From Minisyncoccota bacterium (GTDB taxonomy: Bacteria > Patescibacteriota > Minisyncoccia > Phycocordibacterales > UBA9973): a stretch of DNA of 64,000 bases. The position numbers and the translations under genes are program-made. The stretch spans positions 4,529-68,528 of the forward strand of contig JBAYHY010000003.1 of NCBI GenBank assembly GCA_041665885.1, written 5' to 3'. The notes beneath the pieces are model-generated. The model did not search any database. It worked only from the letters and a program-made list of their open reading frames with translations, and was not told the origin of the DNA. Position 1 is the first letter of the stretch. The number at the start of each line of letters is the position of its first letter. Of this stretch, positions 19,810 through 28,475 are shown one piece after another.

Positions 19810-20265
19810 ATGTCGGGAAAAGGTATATTTACGGACACTCGGTATGCGAAGGAGGAGGGGAGCAAGAAGATAGGACGCTACGAGGCGTATCTTCTCGACT
19901 TTGAAAAAAGAGGCGAGTGCCCCTTCTGCCCCAGAAACCTTGTTCTGAAAGCCCTAAAGAAAGAAGGCGGGTGGCGCATATTCAACAGGTCCTGGAAAGG
20001 CGAGAGCACAGAAATGCATTTCCTGATTATTGGAGTGGAGCACAAAACAAATCTCGGGGAGTTATTTTCGTCCGATTGGGTTTCGATTAACAGTCTAGTC
20101 AAATGGACCGTTGATGAATACAACATAAGGGGTGGAGGGCTTGCGGTGAGGTTTGGCGACACCGACTACTCGGGAGCGACGATTGGCCATCTACATTTTC
20201 ATCTAATCGTTCCTAAAATGGGTGATGACGGTCTTTCAAGGCCGGTGAACTTTCCCATAGGGTAG
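19810..20265 (+). CDS. HIT-family protein, paralog 2
   Basis: CPFCP, VRFGDTD..GAT, HLHFHLI, V.FPIG shared with 18737-19177. Confidence 0.85.
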   Translation: MSGKGIFTDTRYAKEEGSKKIGRYEAYLLDFEKRGECPFCPRNLVLKALKKEGGWRIFNRSWKGESTEMHFLIIGVEHKTNLGELFSSDWVSINSLVKWTVDEYNIRGGGLAVRFGDTDYSGATIGHLHFHLIVPKMGDDGLSRPVNFPIG

Positions 20266-20274
20266 GGATATCGC

Positions 20275-20306
20275 GGGGCGGCTTTCCAGCCGCCCCTTCA
20301 TTTTTT
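20275..20306 (+). terminator. Intrinsic terminator
   Basis: ggggcggct-ttcc-agccgcccc followed by T-rich tract. Confidence 0.8.
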
Positions 20307-20335
20307 ATACGATTATTATCCAAACTAATGAAACA

Positions 20336-20363
20336 TTGACAAAAGGGGTGACGATGTTATTGT
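20336..20363 (+). promoter_or_regulatory. sigma70-type promoter of the DGR-target paralog
   Basis: TTGACA 20336-20341, 16-bp spacer, extended -10 TGtTATTGT. Confidence 0.65.
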
Positions 20364-20397
20364 GAAAAGAGTAAATGTACTTTAAAAATAATTTGTG

Positions 20398-20459
20398 AAT
20401 GGCCATAGCCAAAAGATGCTTAATTCTAGGCATTTCCTGACTATGGCCAACGAAGGTCA
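20398..20459 (+). promoter_or_regulatory. Conserved structured 5' leader, copy 1
   Basis: 56/62 identical to 36921-36982; outer stem tggccatag/ctatggcca. Confidence 0.8.
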
Positions 20460-20518
20460 TAGTTCCTCCTCGGATTAGAGGATTTTCAAAACGCCCAACT
20501 TAGGGCAAGGAGAGTACC

Positions 20519-21265
20519 ATGAGCGACAGAAACGAAACCAATGGTATCGGCACGGCATCAAGAGTCTCAGGTCTTGTCGCACAGTGTGAGGAGATCGCGC
20601 GCAGCAGGCCTGAAAAGAAAAAGGAGTTTATGATTGCTGATATCACAGCGGGTGAACTCAATGCTCTCGTGAAGAACATCATGTCTCAAACAGGGGACAC
20701 TGACCCCAAAACAGCTATTCGGCGGGTCAACTCCAGAGGATGGATTGTCGTTCGTTCCCCACGAACTCCGTACGAAAAGGACGGTGTTATTTACTTTTCT
20801 GTGACGTCCTGCGGAATGACGGGAGAGGAGTGGGTCGCCCTTTTTGAGGATAAACACATTGTTGTTGATGATAAAGTCAATGACAGGCTCTTGTCGGAGG
20901 AGTTCAAACCCACCAGTGGCATAACCTACAAGGTTGCCATTCTCAACAAAAAACTTCTCGCTCGTATGGATCAGCACATCAAGGATATTCAAGCCGAAAT
21001 AAAAAAGAGAAGGTTTACAAGGCCGAACCTTGAAGTAGCTTGTTTAATCATGACAGGTTACTCATTCGAGGATTTCGGCGAATTACGCTATCACTGTGGC
21101 TCAATCAATATGCAGACCAAGAACTCCGACGAATTCCTCAAGCTGTATGGACATGACGACGATCATTGTTCGATGCGGGTGTTTAGACACGGCCTCGATC
21201 TTGGGGACTTGTGGGCTTCCTTTTCTACCTCCTTCGCCTGGATTTCGCAAGTTACAAAAAGCTAA
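20519..21265 (+). CDS. Diverged paralog of the DGR target protein
   Basis: Shares GVIY.SVTS.G.TG.EW, FKPT, K.AIL, PN.EVACLI and terminal FA..SQ with 37048-37656; SD-like aaggag upstream. Confidence 0.85.
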   Translation: MSDRNETNGIGTASRVSGLVAQCEEIARSRPEKKKEFMIADITAGELNALVKNIMSQTGDTDPKTAIRRVNSRGWIVVRSPRTPYEKDGVIYFSVTSCGMTGEEWVALFEDKHIVVDDKVNDRLLSEEFKPTSGITYKVAILNKKLLARMDQHIKDIQAEIKKRRFTRPNLEVACLIMTGYSFEDFGELRYHCGSINMQTKNSDEFLKLYGHDDDHCSMRVFRHGLDLGDLWASFSTSFAWISQVTKS

Positions 21266-21302
21266 GTTGCCTTGGACAACGTCCTGTGTAACTTGATCTG
21301 TT

Positions 21303-21339
21303 GCCCGCCCCGTTTACTTTGGGGCGGGTTTTCTTTTTT
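21303..21339 (+). terminator. GC hairpin plus T-tract (terminator and/or DGR-type cis hairpin)
   Basis: gcccgcccc-gtttacttt-ggggcgggt followed by tttcttttt. Confidence 0.75.
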
Positions 21340-21480
21340 AAAATACATTGACAAACAAAGGTAAAAATGCTACTCTTCCAATATCATTCTCACCTATTAC
21401 TTAACGAGACTGACGCTTGTGGAAATCATCTATGACTTGTGTGTCTTTGAGATCGATGTCCATGACACAAAAAGAAATAT

Positions 21481-22752
21481 ATGATAAACAAACGCAGTTT
21501 TACGCGTGGGGCTTCTAGCTCTTCGCACGCACCTCGTCGTTTCGGTGCAGGAAAATCTATCCGTCGTCCGCACGGTGTTTTTAATGGTTCCCGTATTTCC
21601 TCAAAGAGGGGAGGTGGGAATAAAAGATCTCGTGGGGAGCATATAGATTTTTCCCGATTTATTAAAAAAGGAACTCTTGTAGAAGAAAAGCCATATGTTT
21701 CAAAACATACCTTTGCTGATTTTCCTTTTACTCCACAGCTTCACAAAAATATAAAAAATGCCGGTTTTGCGAGCCCAAGGCCAATCCAAGATCAAGCCAT
21801 TCCTTCCGTGATGAAAGGGCATGATGTTTTCGGCATGGCGAATACCGGAACAGGGAAAACTGCAGCTTTCTTGCTTCCTCTGATTGAAAAAATTTATAAA
21901 ACTAAGGGCCAGGCAAAAAGAGAAACGGTTCTCATTATGGCGCCGACTCGCGAGCTTGCACTTCAGATAGAATCTGACTTTAAAAATCTCGCTTTTGGTT
22001 TTGGGATGTTCTCTGTCGCTTGTGTGGGTGGGCTTCCCATAATGAAGCAAATTCGTGAAATAAAAATGGGAGTTTCCTTTATAATCGGCACACCCGGGAG
22101 ATTGCGTGATTTGATAGATAAAAAAGTTTTAGATTTGTCTACTTGTTATTCCGTGGTGCTCGATGAAGCGGATAGAATGCTCGACATGGGTTTCCGCGAT
22201 GAGATGGTATATATTATTGGCAAAATGCCGAAGGAGCATCAAACTCTTTTCTTTTCTGCAACGCTTTCTCCGGAAATCAAAAAATTAACCGAGCACTATT
22301 TAAAGGAACCGGTTTTCATTTCTGTGATTACCGGTGAGACATTAAAAAATATTGACCAAGATGTTATCCGAGTAAAGAGTACCGCGGAAAAAATAGGAAA
22401 ATTGGAGGAAGTTTTAAAAAAAGATGGTTCGGACAAAGTTTTGATTTTTCGGGAAATGAAACACAGCGTAGATACTCTTACTAAAGAGCTTGCACACATG
22501 GGATTTAAGGTGGGATGTATCCACGGGGACAAAAGAAGCCGGGAGCGTATTCGTATTTTGGATTCCTTTAAGAAAGACAAAATAAATATTTTGATTGCGA
22601 CGGATGTGGCTGCAAGGGGATTGGACATTCCAGACGTGACGCATGTCATTAACTACGACGTGCCGCAAACCTACGACACTTATATTCACCGTATCGGCCG
22701 AACCGGCCGCTCCGGTAAAAAAGGAAATGCTTTAACCTTTGTGCCCGCATAA
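21481..22752 (+). CDS. DEAD-box RNA helicase with basic N-terminal extension
   Basis: TGTGKT, PTRELA, TPGRL, LDEADRML, SAT, ARGLD, HRIGRTGR. Confidence 0.97.
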   Translation: MINKRSFTRGASSSSHAPRRFGAGKSIRRPHGVFNGSRISSKRGGGNKRSRGEHIDFSRFIKKGTLVEEKPYVSKHTFADFPFTPQLHKNIKNAGFASPRPIQDQAIPSVMKGHDVFGMANTGTGKTAAFLLPLIEKIYKTKGQAKRETVLIMAPTRELALQIESDFKNLAFGFGMFSVACVGGLPIMKQIREIKMGVSFIIGTPGRLRDLIDKKVLDLSTCYSVVLDEADRMLDMGFRDEMVYIIGKMPKEHQTLFFSATLSPEIKKLTEHYLKEPVFISVITGETLKNIDQDVIRVKSTAEKIGKLEEVLKKDGSDKVLIFREMKHSVDTLTKELAHMGFKVGCIHGDKRSRERIRILDSFKKDKINILIATDVAARGLDIPDVTHVINYDVPQTYDTYIHRIGRTGRSGKKGNALTFVPA

Positions 22753-22805
22753 AAGCAAGTTATTTAGTGATATTGCAAAAAAAATAATACATGTTATATT
22801 AACCG

Positions 22806-22996
22806 CGGAAGCACAACAGGAGCGTTCACCGTTTCTTTCTTTGCCCGAATTAGGGCGAAACTAGGGCGGCGAAGTCCAAAAAGCAACCGATGCTAGAAAG
22901 GGAGGTGTTATTCCGAGAAAAATACTAAATCGCTTTGCCATATCGTCGAAGCTGAATAGCGAGGGGGGGGGCTGCAAGCAGCCCTCCCATTTTTTT
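22806..22996 (+). ncRNA. Candidate small RNA / unassigned transcription unit
   Basis: Promoter TTGCAA...TGtTATATT upstream, terminator gggggggctgc-aa-gcagccctccc plus T-tract, no convincing ORF. Confidence 0.4.
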
Positions 22997-23033
22997 ATTT
23001 AATTAAAAAATCCGCTTCTGGCGGATTTTTGTT

Positions 23034-23285
23034 TTATTTTGCTTGTATGAGTCCTGCCTTGAGGAGAGTGGCGTAAGTGCCGCGCTTTTTCATGGTGCGC
23101 ATGCCGCGGGCGGAAACTTCTATGTTGATTGTTTTATTTATTTCAGGAACAAAAAACCTCTTTTTTTGAAGATTTGGGTATTTTCTCTTTTTGCCGGTCG
23201 GGTTGAATTTGGTTGCACGAGTACGATTGGAATATCCGCCTCCGACGATTGAACCTTTTTTGGTTATTGCACATACTTTTTTCAT
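23034..23285 (-). CDS. rpmB: 50S ribosomal protein L28
   Basis: MKKVCAITKK, KRKYPNLQKKRF, VSARGMR; start at ATG 23285. Confidence 0.92.
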   Translation of the reverse strand: MKKVCAITKKGSIVGGGYSNRTRATKFNPTGKKRKYPNLQKKRFFVPEINKTINIEVSARGMRTMKKRGTYATLLKAGLIQAK

Positions 23286-23311
23286 CTCGCTTATGCTATC
23301 ATAAAGTCCAT

Positions 23312-23932
23312 ATGGACGCAACCAACAGCATTTTTTATATAATTATTTTGATTATGTCCGTGGTGATTCACGAAGTCTCACACGGTTTTGTGGCGGAATA
23401 TTTTGGTGATAACACTGCACGAAATGCCGGCCGCCTGACCTTAAACCCGATTCCACATTTGGATTTATTTGGTTCGATATTTTTACCAGCTATCCTTATA
23501 TTAAGTCATGCTGGTTTTTTGTTTGGCTGGGCGAAGCCGGTGCCATACAACCCGAACAATCTAAGCAATAGAAAATGGGGGACGATAGCCGTCGCCGCCG
23601 CCGGTATTTTGGCAAATTTTTTTATTGCCATTGTTTTTGGTATTATTATTCGTATCTCTTTTCATTTCGTTCTACCAGAGAGCTTTTATTTTATAACTTC
23701 AGCAATCGTGATTGTAAATTTAGCCCTGGCAATTTTTAACCTGGTGCCGATTCCACCACTCGATGGTTCTAAAATCGTTTTTTCTTTCCTGCCCGAATCG
23801 GCTTTTTCTTTCATTTTAACTTATGAGCGATACTCCCTGATTATATTGCTAGTTTTTATTGTTTTCTTTTCTGAATATCTATTTCCTGTCCTTTCCGTTC
23901 TCTTTCATCTTATTACCGGACTGATCCTTTAA
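23312..23932 (+). CDS. Site-2 protease (M50 intramembrane zinc metallopeptidase)
   Basis: HEVSH, GRLTLNP, WAKPVP, FNLVPIPPLDG; start at ATG 23312. Confidence 0.95.
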   Translation: MDATNSIFYIIILIMSVVIHEVSHGFVAEYFGDNTARNAGRLTLNPIPHLDLFGSIFLPAILILSHAGFLFGWAKPVPYNPNNLSNRKWGTIAVAAAGILANFFIAIVFGIIIRISFHFVLPESFYFITSAIVIVNLALAIFNLVPIPPLDGSKIVFSFLPESAFSFILTYERYSLIILLVFIVFFSEYLFPVLSVLFHLITGLIL

Positions 23933-24042
23933 TATTTGCAATTTTCTTCAGCTTGTATTATATTATCGTATGAGTCTTCGGACTCTTTTGTTTTCTAGCC
24001 GCGCTTAAGGGACGGTTGCGCGGCATGATTTCGTAAAATCAC

Positions 24043-24468
24043 ATGCCAACAATTAATCAATTAATTAAGAAAAACAGAACTAAAATGCACGCCAAACACA
24101 AAACGGTGGCGTTGGCTCGCGGTTTTAATGTTCTCAAAAACAAACCGGTATATTTTCCGTCGCCCTTCAAGCGCGGAGTCTGCACGAAAGTTTCCACCAC
24201 TACTCCTAAAAAACCAAACTCCGCTCTCCGAAAAATCGCGAGAGTGCGTTTGACCAATGGTATGGAAGTGACTGCCTATATCCCGGGAGAGGGGCACAAT
24301 TTGCAAGAACACTCTGTGGTTATGCTTCGTGGGGGACGTGTTAAAGACTTGATCGGAGTACGATATCACATCGTGCGCGGAGTGCTTGATACCCAGGGAG
24401 TAGAGAAGCGCCGACAAGGCAGATCTCTTTATGGAAATAAGAAACCAAGAAAAGAAGTTAAAAAATAA
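24043..24468 (+). CDS. rpsL: 30S ribosomal protein S12
   Basis: [30 protein letters not shown]. Confidence 0.98.
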   Translation: MPTINQLIKKNRTKMHAKHKTVALARGFNVLKNKPVYFPSPFKRGVCTKVSTTTPKKPNSALRKIARVRLTNGMEVTAYIPGEGHNLQEHSVVMLRGGRVKDLIGVRYHIVRGVLDTQGVEKRRQGRSLYGNKKPRKEVKK

Positions 24469-24479
24469 TTTTAATATTT

Positions 24480-24950
24480 ATGCGACGCAAAGTAAAAAAT
24501 AGAAACATAGTAGAACCGGATTTTGTATACAATTCTCAAAAATTGGAGAAGTTTATTAATTACATTATGTGGAATGGGAAGAAAGAGACAGCTCGCAAGG
24601 TGATGTATTCCGCTTTTGATGTTATTAAAGAAAAAACCGGCAATCCAAACCCGTTGGAAATCTTTGATTTAGCGCTTCGAAACGCCGGTCCGACCACTGA
24701 AGTGCGTTCAAAACGTATCGGGGGCGCGAACTATCAAGTTCCTGTTGAAGTAAGAGCAGAACGCCGGGTAGCCCTGGCGATGCGTTGGATTCGGGATGCT
24801 GCCCGTGGGGGCAAAGGACGCCCGATGCATTTAAAACTCGCTGATGAACTCATTGCTGCTTCAAAGAATGAAGGCGCAGCTATTAAAAAGAAAGACGATA
24901 CGCATAAAATGGCAGAAGCCAACAAAGCCTTTGCTCATTTCGCTTGGTAG
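24480..24950 (+). CDS. rpsG: 30S ribosomal protein S7
   Basis: RIGGANYQVPVEV, HKMAEANKAFAH. Confidence 0.98.
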   Translation: MRRKVKNRNIVEPDFVYNSQKLEKFINYIMWNGKKETARKVMYSAFDVIKEKTGNPNPLEIFDLALRNAGPTTEVRSKRIGGANYQVPVEVRAERRVALAMRWIRDAARGGKGRPMHLKLADELIAASKNEGAAIKKKDDTHKMAEANKAFAHFAW

Positions 24951-24994
24951 GGTGTGTTTGTGTTTTCGCTATTTTTGTTAATAAACTATTTATG

Positions 24995-25024
24995 CATATT
25001 TACGCTATAGCGTAAATATGTAAT
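24995..25024. repeat. Perfect 26-bp palindrome, upstream copy flanking the Cas2/PaaX-like gene
   Basis: catatttacgcta|tagcgtaaatatg; 27/30 identical to 25451-25480. Confidence 0.85.
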
Positions 25025-25041
25025 GGGTGTATAATTTGCAA

Positions 25042-25419
25042 ATGGCTTATTACAAAGGTGTAAAAGTAAATACTTTCGGTCTGCCGGTTTCAAAAAATAA
25101 TCATCAGAGTCGCATAAAGAAAGATAATAGAAAACGGAATTTTTATTATACCGCGTTTTCTTCTCCTTTTGCCAAAGATTCACCCAAGAATTTGATTTTA
25201 ATGTATGACGTTATTGAGGAGAAAAAGAAAGAAAGAGATTGGTTTCGTCGCCAGTTAAAAAATTTTGGCTACATTATGGTTCAAAGGAGCGTTTGGGTTG
25301 GCCCTTCACCCTTACCAAAAGAATTTTTGGATTACGTTAAAGGAATTGGTCTACAGAGCCACCTAAAAACTTTCAAGTTGGCAAAAGCTTACACCGGAAA
25401 GGAGAGTTTGTTTGTATAA
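25042..25419 (+). CDS. Stand-alone Cas2-like / PaaX central-domain protein
   Basis: ILMYDV.E.KKKERDWFRRQLKNFGY.MVQRSVW motif; start at ATG 25042 after TATAAT. Confidence 0.75.
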   Translation: MAYYKGVKVNTFGLPVSKNNHQSRIKKDNRKRNFYYTAFSSPFAKDSPKNLILMYDVIEEKKKERDWFRRQLKNFGYIMVQRSVWVGPSPLPKEFLDYVKGIGLQSHLKTFKLAKAYTGKESLFV

Positions 25420-25450
25420 CCCCACAACTTAAGCCCTCCTTGTATGTTTA

Positions 25451-25480
25451 CATATTTACGCTATCGCGCATATATGTAAT
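25451..25480. repeat. Degenerate downstream copy of the 26-bp palindrome
   Basis: catatttacgctatcgcgcatatatgtaat. Confidence 0.8.
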
Positions 25481-25494
25481 TTTGATGTTTTTGC

Positions 25495-25524
25495 TTGACA
25501 GTGTGCTTCGGGGGGGGGTACACT
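25495..25524 (+). promoter_or_regulatory. Promoter with G9 tract in the -35/-10 spacer
   Basis: TTGACA 25495-25500, 18-bp spacer ending in 9 G, TACACT 25519-25524. Confidence 0.6.
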
Positions 25525-25559
25525 TAAAAGATTATCATTTAATTTTTTAATATAAATTT

Positions 25560-25838
25560 ATGAAATTTGAAGGACCATCACAAAAAATTCCTGATCGAGA
25601 AAAAGCTCATGCTATTGCCAATGAGGTAAATAGAACAGTAGATTTTAACAAGGAAGTTGGCCAAGAAACTACGGAACAAATTTTAGAAAATGCTGGTGAG
25701 TTTGCCAAAATAGAGTATGAAACTAGGGAAAGAGCAAAAAGCATGAGTGATATGGAACTTCGCGAGGAAAGTGCAAAGGCAACAATCATAGCCAAGGCTT
25801 TGTTGTCCGCAGAGAGGGAACGTGAAGGACAGAAATAG
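25560..25838 (+). CDS. Hypothetical 92-aa charged helical protein
   Basis: Intact ORF with own promoter between the Cas2-like gene and fusA. Confidence 0.7.
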   Translation: MKFEGPSQKIPDREKAHAIANEVNRTVDFNKEVGQETTEQILENAGEFAKIEYETRERAKSMSDMELREESAKATIIAKALLSAEREREGQK

Positions 25839-25927
25839 ATTTTTGTTTGCAAAAAACAACTTTCTGTTATATATTTAAAAAAGCGCTTTGGCGCTTTTTT
25901 ATTATATAATTAACAAAGATAAACAAC

Positions 25928-28078
25928 ATGGAGAGGGACTATCCGCTAGAAAAAGTTAGGAATATTGGAATTATTGCGCACATAGATGCAGGAAAGACGA
26001 CCACCACGGAGCGGGTGCTTTTTTATACTGGGGTTTCACACAAAATAGGGGAGGTGCATGAGGGAGAAACCGTCACGGACTGGATGGAACAGGAACGAGA
26101 ACGCGGGATTACCATTACTTCTGCGGCGGTCACTTGTTTTTGGACTCCGACATATGCGGACCCAAAGGATAAATCCAAAAAGCATCGTTTTAATATAATT
26201 GATACCCCGGGACACATCGATTTTACTGTAGAGGTGAAAAGATCTCTTCGCGTGTTAGACGGTGCCGTCGTCGTGTTTGATGGTGTTGCCGGAGTAGAGC
26301 CACAGTCTGAAACAAACTGGCGCTATGCCGATGAGGCGAAAGTTCCACGCGTTTGTTTTATAAACAAACTAGACCGCACCGGTGCTTCCTTTGAACATTC
26401 ATTTGCCACTATTTTAGATAGACTTACAAAAAAAGCTGTTCGCATGCAAATTCCTATCGGTCTCGAAGAAAAACACGAAGGCGTCGTGGATCTTCTCCGG
26501 ATGAAGGCCTATTATTTCGAAGGAGAAATGGGCAACAAGGTTGTAGAAAAAGAAATTCCAGAAAACATGAAGGCTGACGCGGAAAAATATCGCAATGAAC
26601 TTATCGAAAAGATAGTAGAGACGGATGATGTAATGATGGAAGAATACCTTGAGGGAGTGGTTCCAAATATTGACGTGTTGAAAAAAACTCTTCGCAAAGC
26701 AGTAATTGCTAACGAAATTTTTCCAGTTTATGCCGGTTCTGCTTTGAAAAATAAAGGTGTTCAGCTTGTTCTAGATGCTGTGGTTGATTATTTGCCGGCC
26801 CCGACAGACATTCCACCGATCGAGGGAGTTAACCCGGACACCGAGGAACACGCAGTTCGTAGTGCTTCTGATGCGGAACCTTTTTCTGCTCTTGCTTTCA
26901 AAGTAGCGACGGACCCTTTCGTAGGACAAATTATTTTCTTTCGAGTTTATTCGGGAAGCTTGGCCGCAGGTAGCTATGTATATAATCCGCGGACTCGTAA
27001 CAAAGAACGCATCGGCCGAATTCTCCGCATGCATGCGAATGATCGCGAAGAAGTAAAACAGGTTTTTGCCGGAGAGATAGCAGCTGCTGTCGGCCTTAAA
27101 GATACAATTACTTCGGATACCATTTGTGATGAAGAACACCCTATCGAATTACACAGAATTGTTTTCCCGGAACCGGTTATTCAACTTCGTATTGAACCGA
27201 AAACAAAAGCGGACCAAGAAAAAATGGGCATGGCCTTAAATCGCCTAGCGCAAGAAGACCCGACTTTCAAGGTCACGACAGATCAAGAAACGGGGGAGAC
27301 CATTATTGCCGGCATGGGGGAACTTCATTTGGAAATTATTGTAGACCGCATGAAGCGTGAATTTACCGTTGAGGCAAATGTCGGCAAGCCACAAGTGGCA
27401 TATAGAGAAACTATTACCGGTACTTCTGACGCAGAAGGAAAATATATCAAGCAGTCCGGTGGACGCGGAAACTACGGGCACGTAAAGATAAAAATCAAAC
27501 CGATGACGATGCTTACGAAAGAAGAGTTGGAAGATTTGCCGAAGAATACCAAACGCTCAGAGGGTTTTGAATTTGTGAATAGTATCAAGGGAGGTGTAAT
27601 TCCGCAAGAATACATCGCGCCTTGTGAGAAAGGATTCAAGGAGGGACTCGACCGTGGAGTTTTGGCTGGATTTAAAATTGTGAATGTTTCTGTGGATTTA
27701 TGGGATGGAAGTTATCACGAAGTAGACTCGAACGAAATGGCCTTTAAAATTGCCGCCTCCATGGCCGTGCAGGATGCTTGTCGCCGAGCCAACCCAGTTA
27801 TTTTGGAACCGATGATGAAGGTGGAAGTGGTTACGCCAGAGAAATTTATGGGAGACGTTACTGGAAATCTTTCCTCCAAACGAGCGTTGATTGAAGGGAT
27901 GGAAGATCGCGGAATGAATAAGGTGGTAAAAGCTATCGTGCCTCTTTCTGAAATGTTCGGTTATATGACCGGACTTCGCTCGATGACCGAAGGCCGCGCC
28001 GGTTTTACCATGGAATTCTATCGATACGACATCGTGCCTCAAAACGTCGCTGAAACTATCATCGCGGCGAGAAAATAA
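25928..28078 (+). CDS. fusA: Elongation factor G
   Basis: [34 protein letters not shown]. Confidence 0.99.
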   Translation: MERDYPLEKVRNIGIIAHIDAGKTTTTERVLFYTGVSHKIGEVHEGETVTDWMEQERERGITITSAAVTCFWTPTYADPKDKSKKHRFNIIDTPGHIDFTVEVKRSLRVLDGAVVVFDGVAGVEPQSETNWRYADEAKVPRVCFINKLDRTGASFEHSFATILDRLTKKAVRMQIPIGLEEKHEGVVDLLRMKAYYFEGEMGNKVVEKEIPENMKADAEKYRNELIEKIVETDDVMMEEYLEGVVPNIDVLKKTLRKAVIANEIFPVYAGSALKNKGVQLVLDAVVDYLPAPTDIPPIEGVNPDTEEHAVRSASDAEPFSALAFKVATDPFVGQIIFFRVYSGSLAAGSYVYNPRTRNKERIGRILRMHANDREEVKQVFAGEIAAAVGLKDTITSDTICDEEHPIELHRIVFPEPVIQLRIEPKTKADQEKMGMALNRLAQEDPTFKVTTDQETGETIIAGMGELHLEIIVDRMKREFTVEANVGKPQVAYRETITGTSDAEGKYIKQSGGRGNYGHVKIKIKPMTMLTKEELEDLPKNTKRSEGFEFVNSIKGGVIPQEYIAPCEKGFKEGLDRGVLAGFKIVNVSVDLWDGSYHEVDSNEMAFKIAASMAVQDACRRANPVILEPMMKVEVVTPEKFMGDVTGNLSSKRALIEGMEDRGMNKVVKAIVPLSEMFGYMTGLRSMTEGRAGFTMEFYRYDIVPQNVAETIIAARK

Positions 28079-28083
28079 GTGTC

Positions 28084-28221
28084 AAAACAAAGAGAGATTT
28101 TTGTCGGTACAGATTTTTTGAAGCTTAAAAAATCTCTTCGAGTCTGAGACTCTCAGAGTCGAATGACTTGAAGTTCTCGCGCCGTCGTGCTCGAAACCCC
28201 TTAAAAATCTTTCTTTGTTTT
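28084..28221. repeat. Structured dispersed element (GGTAC...TGAAGTT...ACCCCT core), copy after fusA
   Basis: Core shared with 61294-61414 and partly 46221-46250; enclosed in a 19-bp terminal inverted repeat. Confidence 0.7.
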
Positions 28222-28475
28222 TTTATTTGACTTTATTTTTCTATCTGCTATTATCTTAAATAACTGCACTTTCTGCAGTTTTTATATTGTCTAGCGAGAG
28301 ATATCGTGGAAAACTTTATGTTTTACATGATTCACGAGCGACGACAATACAAAGTTCCTTTATATTGCATTTTTGATTATTAGTTAATTTAACCCGCCCT
28401 AGGCGGACAAGTTAGTAATTAAGCCTTAGCAACTGGTTCTCGTATGCTGAGTTTTGGTTATTAATCAATAATATT

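Noticed and set aside
21120-21253. Second active VR templated by the TR at 37989
   Set aside because: Differences from TR include many non-adenine positions; only the last 21 nt align well. Kept as a paralog finding instead.
22806-22996. RNase P RNA or SRP RNA
   Set aside because: Too short for RNase P and lacks a full GAGGAAAGTCC motif; no SRP helix-8 signature.
24995-25480. CRISPR array or CRISPR-Cas locus around the Cas2-like gene
   Set aside because: Only two repeat copies about 430 bp apart, no spacers, no cas1 or effector genes in the window.
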